Assembly: GCF_018977255.1 (NCBI RefSeq)
Contig: NW_024704743.1
Coordinates: 41,294,001 to 41,358,000 of the forward strand
Direction: 5' to 3'
Length of the DNA: 64,000 bases
From: Callorhinchus milii
Lineage: Eukaryota
Below, one piece after another: positions 25,771 through 38,090 of the stretch; within the stretch, counting starts at the first letter, position 1, and every line of letters begins with the position of its first letter. Position numbers and translations under genes: made by a program. The notes below the pieces were generated by a model. That model was not told the origin of the DNA. It ran no database searches and was given only the letters and a program-made list of their open reading frames with translations.

Positions 25771-27276
25771 CATTTGAAGTTCAACTGGGATAAACTTTGG
25801 TCACCCAGAGAGGTGGAGGGACATCACTATGAGCCAGAGGATGTTCAACATAAAGTCATCCATCATATGAGTAGCAGCATAATTGAATAATCTATCACTT
25901 AATAATCAGGAAGGAATGGATTGCATTGGAAACGAGGATGGACCTACTGCTGAATATTCTTTTAGATTCTGCATCTTTACATCATGAACTAGAATTATAT
26001 TTTAACTGATATAAATGTTTTCCCCCACAGGTAACATAAAGCACAAGCATTAATTCCAGGCATTAACTTCCCTTTGATCTACTTTTCACCTGTGCGAAGT
26101 TGGGAAAGTATTTCCTTAATGGTCTTTGACACTTTGAGGTGTCCTCTTGATGCAAAAGGCATTATATTGTAAACTGTATTGCATTTAAAAAGGCAAATGT
26201 GTTTGTTTATTCTGTTACTGTTTTAAACATTGGTTTGTCAGAAGCAAAAATGAAGGAGGAAAGAAGAAATCTCTCAATATTTCTTAAAGGTCAACGTGTT
26301 GCTCGTGAGGCACTACCTCATTGGGACTTTATTGGGTGGATGTTAATGGGTTTTGCTTGCATTTGGAATTTTAGCAGTTATTTACCACCAACTGTGTGGT
26401 GTAAACGTGCCTCAAACAGCCTGTGTCTATTGACTGAGTATTTCAACATGTGATCTTTATGATTAAAATTAGTCGCTGACTTCATGGGTGTTTGTGGGAC
26501 ACTGCTGTGTGCATATTGACTGCTGTGTTTGCCCATAAAAACACCATAACCTTTTACAGTAAATCCTATGAAGCACTTTGAGATGCCTTCCCAACGTGAA
26601 AGATGCGATAGCTAATATAAAGTTTATTATTATGGCTACGGCTTAGGGATTTTGTAGAACCATTTCCTCTGACACCTCTCCAGAACTGATGTGTGCCAAA
26701 TTATAGTTCTGTCAAAAAGCAATGTAAATCACCATTTTCACACCTACACATTGATTCAAAGTGGGCTGCTCCGCCAAATGGAATAGTCAAAGCAGTACTT
26801 CAAGATGCAGAGTATTTTCACACCTTTGCTGGTGTGTATATGTAAAAATAGAATTCTCCAGGAGGTGGAACAGATTGTTGTGCAGTTGCATACTAATGTC
26901 GATCGCACCACAGGAATTCAGATGAATACATTATACTGCACATTAGGTTTCTGAATAATCTTTGCATCGCACCTCAAAACAAGCTTTCTCTTTGGATTAC
27001 ACGCTTCTTGTTTTGCTCCATTGACGTATGACTATTTCGAGCATCATGTGGAAAATGGAAAGATGGAAAAACTCAATTAAAGACAGCAATTAATAACTCA
27101 AAACAAAATGACCTACTTTTTTTATTTGTCAGTGGTGGCTCACGAAAGGGCATCATCTATTTTTTTTTCCAAATTCATACTGTTTTTTAATCTGGTGGGA
27201 ATGATATAAATGGATAACTTTCACTGTCACAAAAAGATGAAGGCCTATGATCAATAGTTTAACTAAAAATATGTAA

Positions 27277-28570
27277 ATAACAACAACAAAATTACATTTG
27301 TATAGTGCCTTGCACATCAGGAGGACGTCCCAAGGCGCCAGTCAGTCAGTGTTTCGGACTCAAGCTGGGGATCAGCAGTGAGGGTGTCGGGCGGGGGGGG
27401 TGGGGGAAGGAGGATGAATGAAGGCACGGTCGAAGAGGAGGATCTTGAGATGAGTCTTGAAGGAGACAAAGGGAGGGGGTGAGGTGGAGGGACTTCGGGA
27501 TGGAGTTCCAGAGTGTGGGGGCAGAGTGGCTGAAGGCCCACCTGCCAATGGTGGGGCAGGCGAGGCGGGCGAGGTGGGGGACATGAAGCAGGCCAGAGCC
27601 CACTGAGCGGAGGGAGCGGGCAGGTTGGTAGGAGGATGAGAGGTTGCAGAGGTAGTTGGGAGCAAGGCTGTGGAGGGCTTTGAAAGTGAGGACCAGGATC
27701 TTGAACATATTCTTTGGGTGATGGGAAGCCAGTGGAGTTGGGCGAGGATGGGGGTGATAGAGTCATGGAGCCTGGTGCGGGAGGGCACACGGTCTGCAGA
27801 GTTCTGGATAATCTGCAGCCTATGGAGGGATAAGTTGGGGACGCCAACAAGCATGGAATTTGCACTGTTAAGCCTGGATGTTATGAATGCGTGTATGAGG
27901 GTTTCAGCAGCCTGTGGTGTGAGACATTGGTGGAGCATGCAATTTTGTAGAGGTGGGGGAAGGCAGAGCGGGTCATGGCACATATGTGGAGTAGAAAGGA
28001 TAGTTGAGAGTCAGACAATACATCAAGGTTCTGACTGGCTTAGTAAGGTGGAGTGTGCATCCTTGGATGTTGATGCTGTCAGCCCCTGAGGTGTGCAGAC
28101 GCCAATGGGAGCCAATCAGGAGAGCCTCTGTCTTGTTCACATTCAATTGAAGAAAATTAGCTCTCATCTAGGACTTGATATCTGATAGACATTCTATCAG
28201 AATATAGATATTCTATATTATAGAATATAGATGTTCTATATTATAGAATATAGATGTTCTATATTATCTCACTGCCTCCACCCTTGACACCAGGACCACT
28301 GCTGGTGTGGCCCTGGTGTCAAGGGTGGAGGCAGTGAGATAACGTTGAGTGTTAGCTGCATGGGTAAGTTGACCCCATGTCTGCAGATGATGTCACCAAG
28401 AGGGAGCATATAAACATTGAAGAAGAGGGGACCAAGGACAGAGCCCTGAGGAACACCGCACATGTTGGTGTGGGGGCTAGGGGAGAAACCATTTGTGGAG
28501 ATGAAGTGGAGATCCTGTGAGATGTAGGATCTGAAACATTCAACGACATGAAGGTTGAGGTGAGAGGAGA
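27277..28570 (-). mobile_element. 5'-truncated L2 LINE (RT region to tail) with an internal fold-back insertion
   Basis: CGVPQGSVLGPLFFNVYMLPLG, MRANFLQLNVNKTEALLIG, HAFITSRLNSAN; tail at 27277-27340. Confidence 0.95.
28186..28267. repeat. 23-bp AT-rich minisatellite (about 3 units) with a palindromic core
   Basis: Unit TAGATGTTCTATATTATAGAATA; core TTCTATA-T-TATAGAA. Confidence 0.9.
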
Positions 28571-30597
28571 TAAGAAAGAGAAAAATAAGCTTTGGTTCCT
28601 TTCATGTCAGTGGAAAAAGCAGCATCAACTTCATCATGATATATATAAACTTAACCCCATCAGATATGAAGAACCATAGAGTGACTGAACAGTAAATATC
28701 TGATGCTTCCTTCCCCAGCTCAAAAATGCTGAAGCCAATTGTAACCACTGTCCTTGCTGAAATCAGCATAAACCAGGGATCAAACCAATGATCTTTTTTA
28801 CCTATATTATTCTCATCTTAATGCGTGTGTTCTTATTATTAACATTCTTACAAAATCTACCCACTGTATTTATATGACAAACCACAATGCACAGACAGGG
28901 TATTTATTTGTTGTCAGACCTAGTGTAAGCTTGTTTAAAGCAACAAAAAATACTCCTACCCTTGTTTTTGTTATGTATACGGTAACAACTTTAGCAAGGT
29001 GTATATAAATCAAACCTTCATTCATTTATTTATATCCAGAAAATGTAAGTGACAGGTGTGATTTATCTACAGATTTTACAGCAAATTATGCATACTTAAG
29101 TGAAAGCTTAGCAATCATAGACAAGAATGTTGCGAATGTAATCTAATGAGATTTCACATAAATGTCATGCCAGCAATGCTGAAATGCTCATTGACAAATG
29201 CCTTCATTTGAAGATTGTCTGAACATCAAGTATGGAGGCAGATGGTGGTGTCCCAAGCAACAAATTGTGCAAAGCGAAAAAAAATTATGTTTCTCACAAC
29301 CGCACCATAATTTGATACGATCCAGTAAAACATGATTTTTTTTAACAATGCATCATACTTTTATTGTGGGTTTCCAGTGATTTTGTCCATTTACATTTAA
29401 TTAACACAATTTAGACCATTAGATACTGCCGGGTGATATCATCAATCAGAATTGAATGAGGTGTAGAATTCCACCAATGATTTAATGTGGAGAACCTTTG
29501 CTCAGAGGAGAGAAACAAGTTTGGAAGAATTATTGCACCATTTCTTTATGTTCTCTCCTTGTCAGCATCCCACAGCAGATTTATCTACTATCAAGCTAAG
29601 GCAATGGGGTCCATGATTTCATTCATAAATATTATACAAGTACAGTTATTGCACTTCAAATAAATCCTGTGAAGTGAGTCGAGACATGATAATGTGATAA
29701 GGCTCTATATCAATTGCAAGGTTATTTATTAATTAGTTGATTGTGGTTTGTATGTGAAATTGCTTGAGTTGCTAACAAATTTGCATACAATATCATGATC
29801 CCAAATGCATACTTAATATGTTAATATTTAACAAAGAAAGGCTAAAAAAAGCTAAGTAGCCATAAAGTTGCCTTTGCTGGAAAATGTTATCTCAATATTC
29901 CTTTGCGAAATACTTAACAAAACCTGTATTTTAGATCCAAATGAAGAAGCGCCATTAATTGAATGAATTCTTAATACATAATTGTACCCATATAGTGCAC
30001 ACAATCACACAACACCAATATCAACAAACAATAGGGAACAAAAGGCAGTGTGATTTGATAATTACCACCAATGCACATTGCTAAACATTATAGTCAAACC
30101 AGTTACTAATTATTATTGCTGGTATCCAGTGAAGCAGCACAAGGGTGTGGGGTGCTTTGGTCCCACCTACATTGTTGCTGAAGTCGTGGTGGCAATGGTG
30201 GTGGTGGGGGGTAAGTAATTCATATCCATAGCCAATCCTTAGTTATGATTTTAATACATCTAGAATTTGGCAAATTCTTAAATGCAATCTTGATTTTGAA
30301 GCCAGTTTTCTTTAAAAGCTGCAGAAAAACAATTTCCATGAATACGGCTAAATTCATCAATTCGCCAAATTGTGGAAACTGAAATTCTACATGAATAGTG
30401 TAAATTCAGATGCAAATGGAATTTTTCTCCCACTTGAGGTTATTAAGGGGATCTGTCACATTTAAAGTGGAGAACAGTGCATCTCCAAGACCTGCCAATG
30501 AGCCAGGATGGGTGTGCTGCTGTCAGCTATGCCCTGGAGTAATGTTTTTATAGACCGTGCCTTTGGTTACCTTCTTCTCCCTTCCCCTGGATCCGTT

Positions 30598-30925
30598 ATA
30601 ATAATAATAATAATAATAATAATCCTTGCATTTGATATAGCGCTTTATATAACGTCGGGAGGATGTCCCAAAGTGCTTCACAGAACAAACTGTAAAGTGA
30701 ATTGACTATATATTTGTGGGCGAACACGGCAGCCAATTGTGCACAGCAATGTCCCACAAACAGTCGTAGATTGAAAATGACGAATTTATTATTGTTTTTG
30801 GTTTTGGAGCGATTATTATTAGGCGTGTGGAGTAAGGAAACTTGCCCAAGGTTTCACCCTGCCTGGGAGTGAACTCAGGTCTGTCACTTGCAAAGCGAGT
30901 GCTCTAACCACTGAGCTCCAGGACT
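30598..30925 (-). mobile_element. tRNA-Ala-derived SINE, short subfamily
   Basis: Highly similar to 6961-7276, with a long (TTA)n tail. Confidence 0.95.
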
Positions 30926-32281
30926 AAGTTTTACCTCGGAGGTGAAATTTAAACACCACTTTAGGAGGCACTTTTTTTTTTTAATCTCGTCTGGATCGAG
31001 CGTTCACTGACTTTTCAGGTGGCTTCTCAATACTTTGTGAGTTTTACTTGTTGAACTTGAATGTAAACACTAAAAGTAATTGAATCAATTAAAGCAATTC
31101 CGTGGCTGTGTGGACCTTCAAATCTGTCCAGCATCAAATCTGTAGGTTTAAAGCAATTCACGTACACATTAAGAAGAAATGCAATTCTGATTGGATCTAA
31201 CTAGGCTCCGCTAAAATCTCAGTCATCTAATACAGGTTTAACTAAATCCACATTACTCAGAACAAAACTGGTTCCTGATCACTACTTCATTGAAAGAGGT
31301 TTTCAACAATAGAATGAGAATTCTGCTCTGTATCTAATGACATGGCTAAAAAAAATCTGATTATTGTTTTGAAAGGAACCAACATACTGACACATCCACA
31401 ATGGAGATATTGAAAATACTTGCGAAGTATTTTATTATTTATTGTTATTGTGAAGTGAACTGAGACCCGTCCAGCATGGAGGGCACAACATAACTCCAAG
31501 TTGTTGTTGTTTTACTGAATAGTCTCAGGTATAGGACTACCTAGATTGCCACAGAGGACTGACTCAATTCCAATATTCTATTGCAAACATGTCACCTTGG
31601 AGCCAAGACAAACCCCTTTTTTGCCTTCCCCTCAGGAGGATAGTATCACAATACATAGGAAATGGATCCATTTAGTTGTTATATCCCCCTTACAAAAGTG
31701 AAATTCCAGATATGCAGTATATATATATATATATACACACAAAATACATATGTTTTACATAGAACCAATAATGAATAATGTTGTGCAAAACAGAATTTTT
31801 CTCCCACCAAAAAAAGTTTAATTGGCTCTATAAATAACATAAATTGGCTGCAGAAAGGTTAATTATTTTGGAAAGGATTTGCATCTGTTCTTTGAAAACT
31901 GTTAAAACTTTTGATATTGTTCATTGTCAGATCACACATCAGAGAAAGCAAGACAGAGTTGTCAGTGTCTAACCCAGAATATTTCTGTCAAAATATAAAA
32001 TGCTTCACAATAACTTGTCAGGATGACAGAGAATTTCAATCGGTTTTCACGTTTTCTTTCTTCAAAGAAAATACGTAAAATAAGTCAATCCTGAATATAA
32101 CTAACATAATGACTTTATTTTTTGAACCAAAAATAGCTTATTGAACATTCAATGACCTGTAGCTTAATTATGCTTTGTGACCTAATTCAAAATTTGGTAT
32201 ACGTGTATAGTGAACGGCAACTGCTCTCTGTGGTGGGAAGACCGGCAAGGAGCACATGTAATACCAAATGTTGATGGTTAA

Positions 32282-32327
32282 CAATACAATGTCAGTTCAA
32301 TACAATGTCAGTTCAATACAATGTCAG
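32282..32327. repeat. 16-bp tandem repeat, about 3 units
   Basis: CAATACAATGTCAGTT repeated. Confidence 0.9.
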
Positions 32328-32799
32328 CTCGATGACAGCTCATCTCAGAATTACGAAACAAGCACAATCTTTCTATTGTGACTGAAGTAGAACCACCATG
32401 TGATTTGTTAGCCACATTTTTGCTTTCAATTTCTGAATAAATTCCAATTTAATCGATTTTATATAAAAATAGCTTTTTAGAATAAGAACTCATATTGGCC
32501 CGGGTAACTGAACATGACCCTACCTCAGTCTGTAAATTTCTGGCCTGGTTACACACTCATCCATAGTTAATGGGTCCAATTTGACTTGACTTTAACATTT
32601 AGAATTTTAGGTGCATATTATGCTCCGAGGATAATTTCTTCTCTCCAGAAGTAGTCAGTTTACTGTGTTGCAATATTTAGTTTTATATAATGTTGCATGT
32701 GACTTTAGACCAGCACATGAAAGCTCTGATGTAAGTGTGAAATATTTATGACTGAACAACTTAAAGGAAAAAAAAGCAAGTGCATTACGTGAATCAAAT

Positions 32800-32868
32800 C
32801 TGAAATGGAAGGCATTAATATTTTACATTGGAAAAAACTCAATTTCTTGAAGTTTGCAGATGATTATC
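32800..32868 (+). mobile_element. Tiny RTE-clade-like RT relic
   Basis: EGINILHWKKLNFLKFADD resembles the RTE motif GI.I.G..LN.LRFADD. Confidence 0.5.
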
Positions 32869-33399
32869 GATTTTATAATCATAGTCCCAGAAGAATTTGC
32901 TTCTTTTTCTTTTCATTTGGGATCACGTCAACTTTTTGCAGGTTATTTCACTCTCATCTATCTAAAGATGCATTTTGTTTGCTTTGTGTTTCCTCTAATC
33001 TCAACCACTAATTGTTGAACTCTCTGTCTCTAGACAATTCTAGACTGCTGCAGTGGAGCTCCAATGGGAAAGATTAATACAGAGAGCAACTGACTCTCTC
33101 CCCCCGCCCACCACCTCTGGTTCTGTGCGGATCAATGAGTGGTTTATGAACACAACCTGCATCTGAAAAAAATAATGAACCAAACTAACCCTAGGAAACT
33201 GGTGGGTGGATCTCCCACAATTTTTAAATTATTGAACAGAGGAGTCAATTACTGCCATTTGAAGAATACACCCCAGGATTTCATTGGAATTAAACTTTTT
33301 CAATTGACTTATTGGGTTAGGTGCTCCACCCCTTACAATAACTTGTGTTGGCTGACAGCTCAGTCTTTATGATATTCACTTGGTGGGCAAGTTTGCAGT

Positions 33400-33900
33400 G
33401 CAATTATAAATAAACTGGTATTTTGTCCTGTAGTACAATAAATATTTGAGTCATTTCAGAGGGGACCTTTTGGAAGTATTTAAAATTATAAAAGGGTTTG
33501 AAAAAGTTAATATGAATTGGCTGTTTCCATTGCTGGGGTGAGTGGGGCTGCAAACCAGGGGACACAATTATAAGATAGCAACTGGGGTATCTAAATGAGA
33601 ATTTAGGAGGAGCTAATACATGCAGAGGGTACAATGCAAGAATTACAATACAAAGTTATATTTGTATATAGCGCCTTTCATATCGGGAGGACATCCAAGA
33701 ATAGTGAGATTGTGGAACTCATTGCTTGAAATGGTGGTTAAATAAGAATCAAATTGAAGCTAGATCTTTACTTGAGGGAGAAGGAATAGAAGGGTATGTG
33801 AGGGAGGGAGAAATGGGTGAAAACTCATATGGAATAGAAACATCAGCACAGACTGGTTGACGGGTAGCCTATTTCTGTGTTGTGCATTATTTGTAACATA
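33400..33900 (+). mobile_element. Degenerate CR1 3' region interrupted by an L2 tail (about 33645-33700, minus strand)
   Basis: AGAGGGGACCTTTTGGAAGTATTTAAAATTATAAAGGGTTTG (RGDL.EVFKI.KG), AGGGGACAC, GTGGAACTC. Confidence 0.7.
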
Positions 33901-35424
33901 CATACAGAAATGGGAAGAAGTACCTCAAACCCTAGAGGTCCACCAAGTCTAAAACAAACATTTCCACACACACCCTCACAATATACACCTACACATTTGT
34001 CCTGGTACTGGCCATTGGTCCCTTCCTAGGGAAGGCAAGATTCAGAGAAAAACAAAATGCTGAGCCATTTTGGGGGGAAAAAAAGATTTCCTTTAGAATT
34101 TTTCATTGATTTCAAGGGCATTGAAATGAGTTTCATTTGAGTGTTGGGCTGACACTAACACTAGATAAGTGCTAAATCTACCCTTTACACTGTTATGTTG
34201 AGGTGGACATCACACAGTATATTCAACTCCCAGGCTGAAGCCACTGATGCATTGGAGAGAATTCCGAGAAGATGATCAAGCGTGGTTTCAATGTTTAGAA
34301 CTCTAAATTCTGAAGACAGATTCACAGAACTTGTTTTCATAGCAAAAAAAAGTTTTAAAAAATAGCATGATCTAGGTCATTATAATAATAATAATAATAA
34401 TAGTAAGCATGGGATAATGATAATGTAGATGTAAGCAGATTATTAAATTTCAACTGTGTACGTAAAATTAGAGGAGCACAAATAGAAGCCTCAAGTAAGA
34501 CAGAAGGCAGCTGTTTCCCCTACGGTTGACATTGTAATTAGGTAATGGTTCTTAGACAGAAAACTTTAACAGCCAGGCATTTTACTTCAATAAGATCTTT
34601 TATTTTCCTCATTGCTTTAAAGCATCAGTAGACAAACAGTTCTTCTGCTTGCTCCTTAACTCCATTCTCACCTGTGCCAATCATACATAGACTCTCTGTT
34701 TCTAACCCATATTCAGTAACAATACATGTGGGATAAAGCATGCTGGAAAGATCCTCTCAGAGGCACCCAGTGTAATACACCAGAAGATTGCACTAGATCG
34801 AGATCTCACCACCCCACTTTTCTCAAATACAGTAAACTCCAAACAACGTGACTCTTGCTTAACTAGTCACTAACACTTAAATCACCAGGCTATCAATATC
34901 CGAGCCGCTTACATGCAAACTGTTAATAAGGGACTCTGCTTTACTTGTCGCTCTGGTAACATGTAACTAGTTGCATTCTAGAAATTCTCAAAACTACTCA
35001 CAGTGCAAAATGGATCAGATAACTTGTCCTGTCAGTTTGCATTTTGACTTGCAGAGCCCTCCTGTCTTATCTTGTGACTGGTAAGAGCACTTGGCGGAGA
35101 TTGGGCATGCATTCTTAGATTCATCGCAAAGACCACAGCTCTATTGGTCATCCTGTGGCCTACCACCTTGTCCTGTCACAGGATAGGGTGGGAGACCGTG
35201 GCCCAGCTCCAATAGATTAGAGGCCTCTGTGATACATCTGAGCATGTGCGCCCAACTTTCACCAGGCTCCGCACTTGTCACAGTGCCCCTACATAGCCCA
35301 GCAGGATCTATATCTAACTCTCCACTCTGGTTAACTGGTCGCTGAGCCCTTTTTCCTTGGAGTGATGAGTTTTCTGGAGTGTACTCTATGTTGGGTGACA
35401 GTCACATAGATTGAACCCGCTTGA

Positions 35425-35790
35425 TGTCAGCTTGGCTCAGATACTCACATCTCTAGGTTAGAAATTTGTGGGTTCAAGTCCCTTGTTATGGACTTTGAGC
35501 TCACACTGTAAGCTGACGGTCCAGCGCAGTGCTGAGGGAGAGCATTCATATTGTCTGAGGTGTTGTCTTTCTGATGAGTTCTCCCATCTCCTTGTCTGCA
35601 GTGCTCCCAAAACACCACTGGAAAAGGGAAGGGAGCTTCCCAAGCATGAGGCCTTGATATGTGTAACTTGGCCACTGTGTTTGCCTACAGAAACAGTCAC
35701 TGCAGCTGACAGTGCTCTGCCACGAAGATGCTTTAAGATATTTAGACATAGTAGATGCATATAAGGAAGAAGGTAATAAAATTTTAATTT
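35425..35790 (+). mobile_element. Old Deu-domain SINE
   Basis: tRNA-like head GTGGGTTCAAGTCCC, GCTGAC..GTGCTGAGGGAG body, degenerate tail. Confidence 0.7.
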
Positions 35791-35798
35791 AAATATTC

Positions 35799-36100
35799 TT
35801 AATCCTTGCATTTGATATAGCGCTTTTCACGTCGGGAGGATGTCGCAAAGCGCTTCACAGAACACACTGTAAAGTGAATTGACTGTATATTTGTGGGCGA
35901 ACGCGGCAGCCAATTGCGCACAGCAATGTCCCACAAACAGTCGTAGATTGAAAATGACCAATTTATTATTGGTTTTGGAGGTATTATTATTAGGCTCTGT
36001 GTGGAGTAAGGAAACTTGCCCAAGGTTTCGCCCTGCCTGGAATTGAACTCAGGTCTCTCACTTGCAAAGCGAGTGCTCTAACCACTGAGCTACAGGACTC
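35799..36100 (-). mobile_element. tRNA-Ala-derived SINE, short subfamily
   Basis: Highly similar to 6961-7276; CpGs retained, so probably young. Confidence 0.95.
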
Positions 36101-36691
36101 CACAAAATGGAATGGGAGGGAGTAAGGAATGAGTAGAGACTCATGTAGAGTATAAACATCAACATGGACTAGTTGGGCTGAATGGCCTGTTTCAACGCTG
36201 CACAATCTGAGTAACATTAGTATGTTTGCACATTCTAAGTACCTCTCAATATTAATATGAGCATTTGTCTTTGAGTGTAATTTTCCTCTCCAGAGCAATT
36301 TGGTTCAGAATTGATTATCAGAACATAGCCATCCATTGTCAGTGTTACGATTATCTCTAGAGTCTTATCTGTTTCAAGCTTTTTTTTCCTAAAAGAAACA
36401 GCAAAAATAAATAAACCCTGAATATTAAACTAAAAGAAAGTTGTTATTATCTTTTTTGAACCACAATTGCTGACTGAATGCAGTTAAATTATGACATGTG
36501 ACTTCAGTTAAAGCCATACATTTTTGTAGGTCTGTGGAATACAGCAGGCAGAAATTTTGAATCCGACAACTAATAAAATATGTTCACTGTTATTGCCAAC
36601 TGGTTAGAAAATATGAGATAGAAGTTGTAGTTTATTAATTTGCACCATTGACATTTTGGAAAAGCTCATTGGGACATCCTCCCAATGTGAA

Positions 36692-37061
36692 TAATAATAA
36701 CATAATAATCCTTGCATTTGATATAGTGCTATTCATGTCTTCTTGTCATCTCAAAGTGCTTCACATAATATACTGTAAAGTGAATTGACTGTATTTGAAT
36801 TGCGGATGCCAATTGCGCACGGCAGTGTCCCGCAAACAGTCGTGACCAAATTGAGTGACCAAATTATGATTATTTTTTTGGAGGGATTATTATCCCCAGA
36901 AAAGTGATCCACCAATCGACTAACAATCGGGTTCCTACTTATTGCTGGCAAACAGAGGTGTATGGAGTAAGGAAACTTGCCCAACATTTCGTCCTGCCAG
37001 GAACAGAACCCAGGACTCCAGCTTGCGAGGTGAGTGCTCTAACCACTGAGCTATAGGACTC
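36692..37061 (-). mobile_element. tRNA-Ala(CGC)-derived SINE, long subfamily, inserted in an L2 tail
   Basis: Head with CTCGCAA loop and an extra internal segment; the host L2 tail continues on both sides with GTGAA duplicated. Confidence 0.9.
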
Positions 37062-37869
37062 TGCTATAGGCGTGAAAGGCACTATACAAATGTAATTTGT
37101 ATTGTATTAGCACATTGACTGTTCCCCAGCAGTTGTTGCATGCTGATCCCTCTAAACCCCCTGGAGTGTCACATTCAGGAAGCTAACTGGACCAACAATG
37201 GATGTCTAGCTCTTGGATCGCAGTATTAGTCTGATATTTAGTGGGATATCAGCTTAACTAAACAAAAAATCCTCCTAAATAAATAATTGGAGTAAAACCA
37301 ATATTCCACCAACCAGTAGTCCACAATTTTAATCCAAATTTGGAAGTTCAACGAGCCGCATGCCTGACTTCTTAGAGTGAGAATTGAGGATTGTGACAGT
37401 GGTGTGGGGTTTTCTTCCAACACACCTAGGGAGTAGTTCTTAGTGTCAATGTATGTGCTATATTAATATATCATACATTACAATATTAACCCGTACATGT
37501 ATATGTTGTTTTAATCATTCAGAAACTTATGTAAAGGACCAAGGTTTATGGTGCAGAGTAACTTCAAAGTTGAAAAGAGCAAAAACTTGTGCTTATATAC
37601 CATCTTTCATCAAGAATATGAAGAAGAAAGAGAGTGAGATGGATCAAACAGTAATCGGTAGATGATAATAATAATTATAATAATGCTTGTATTTGATATA
37701 GCACCTTATCACGTCATTGAGAAGTCTCAAAGCGCTTATCAGAATATACTGTAAAGTGAATTAAAAATGACTTCAAGCTAAAATTCAAGAGAGATGTCAT
37801 CTACTTCAATGCAGTCATAAACTTGCTAGTTCACAAGGGTCAGTGTAATTATGAAGAAATCAATTACTT

Positions 37870-38090
37870 GTGTCAGCCAGGATGAGTGGTAGCATTCTCG
37901 CCTCTGAGTCAGAAGGTTGTGGGTTCAAATCCCACGTCGGTATTTGAACTCACATAGTTTAAGCTGACACTCCGATGTAGTGTCGGGGGTGTGTTTCACT
38001 GTCGGAGGTGATGTCTTTTGGAGTAGATTTTAGACTGAACCCCTCCTGACATGATAAGGCGCTATACCAAATACAAGTATTATTATTATA
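37870..38090 (+). mobile_element. Deu-domain SINE (5' head, internally deleted, tail)
   Basis: GTGGTAGCATTCTCGCCTCTGAGTCAGAAGGTTGTGGGTTCAAATCCCAC..CACTGTCGGAGGTG; tail GGCGCTATACCAAATACAAG(TAT)n. Confidence 0.85.

Noticed and set aside
34533..34961. Possible solo LTR (TGTAA...TAACA, minus-strand AATAAA)
   Set aside because: No target-site duplication and no second copy in the window.
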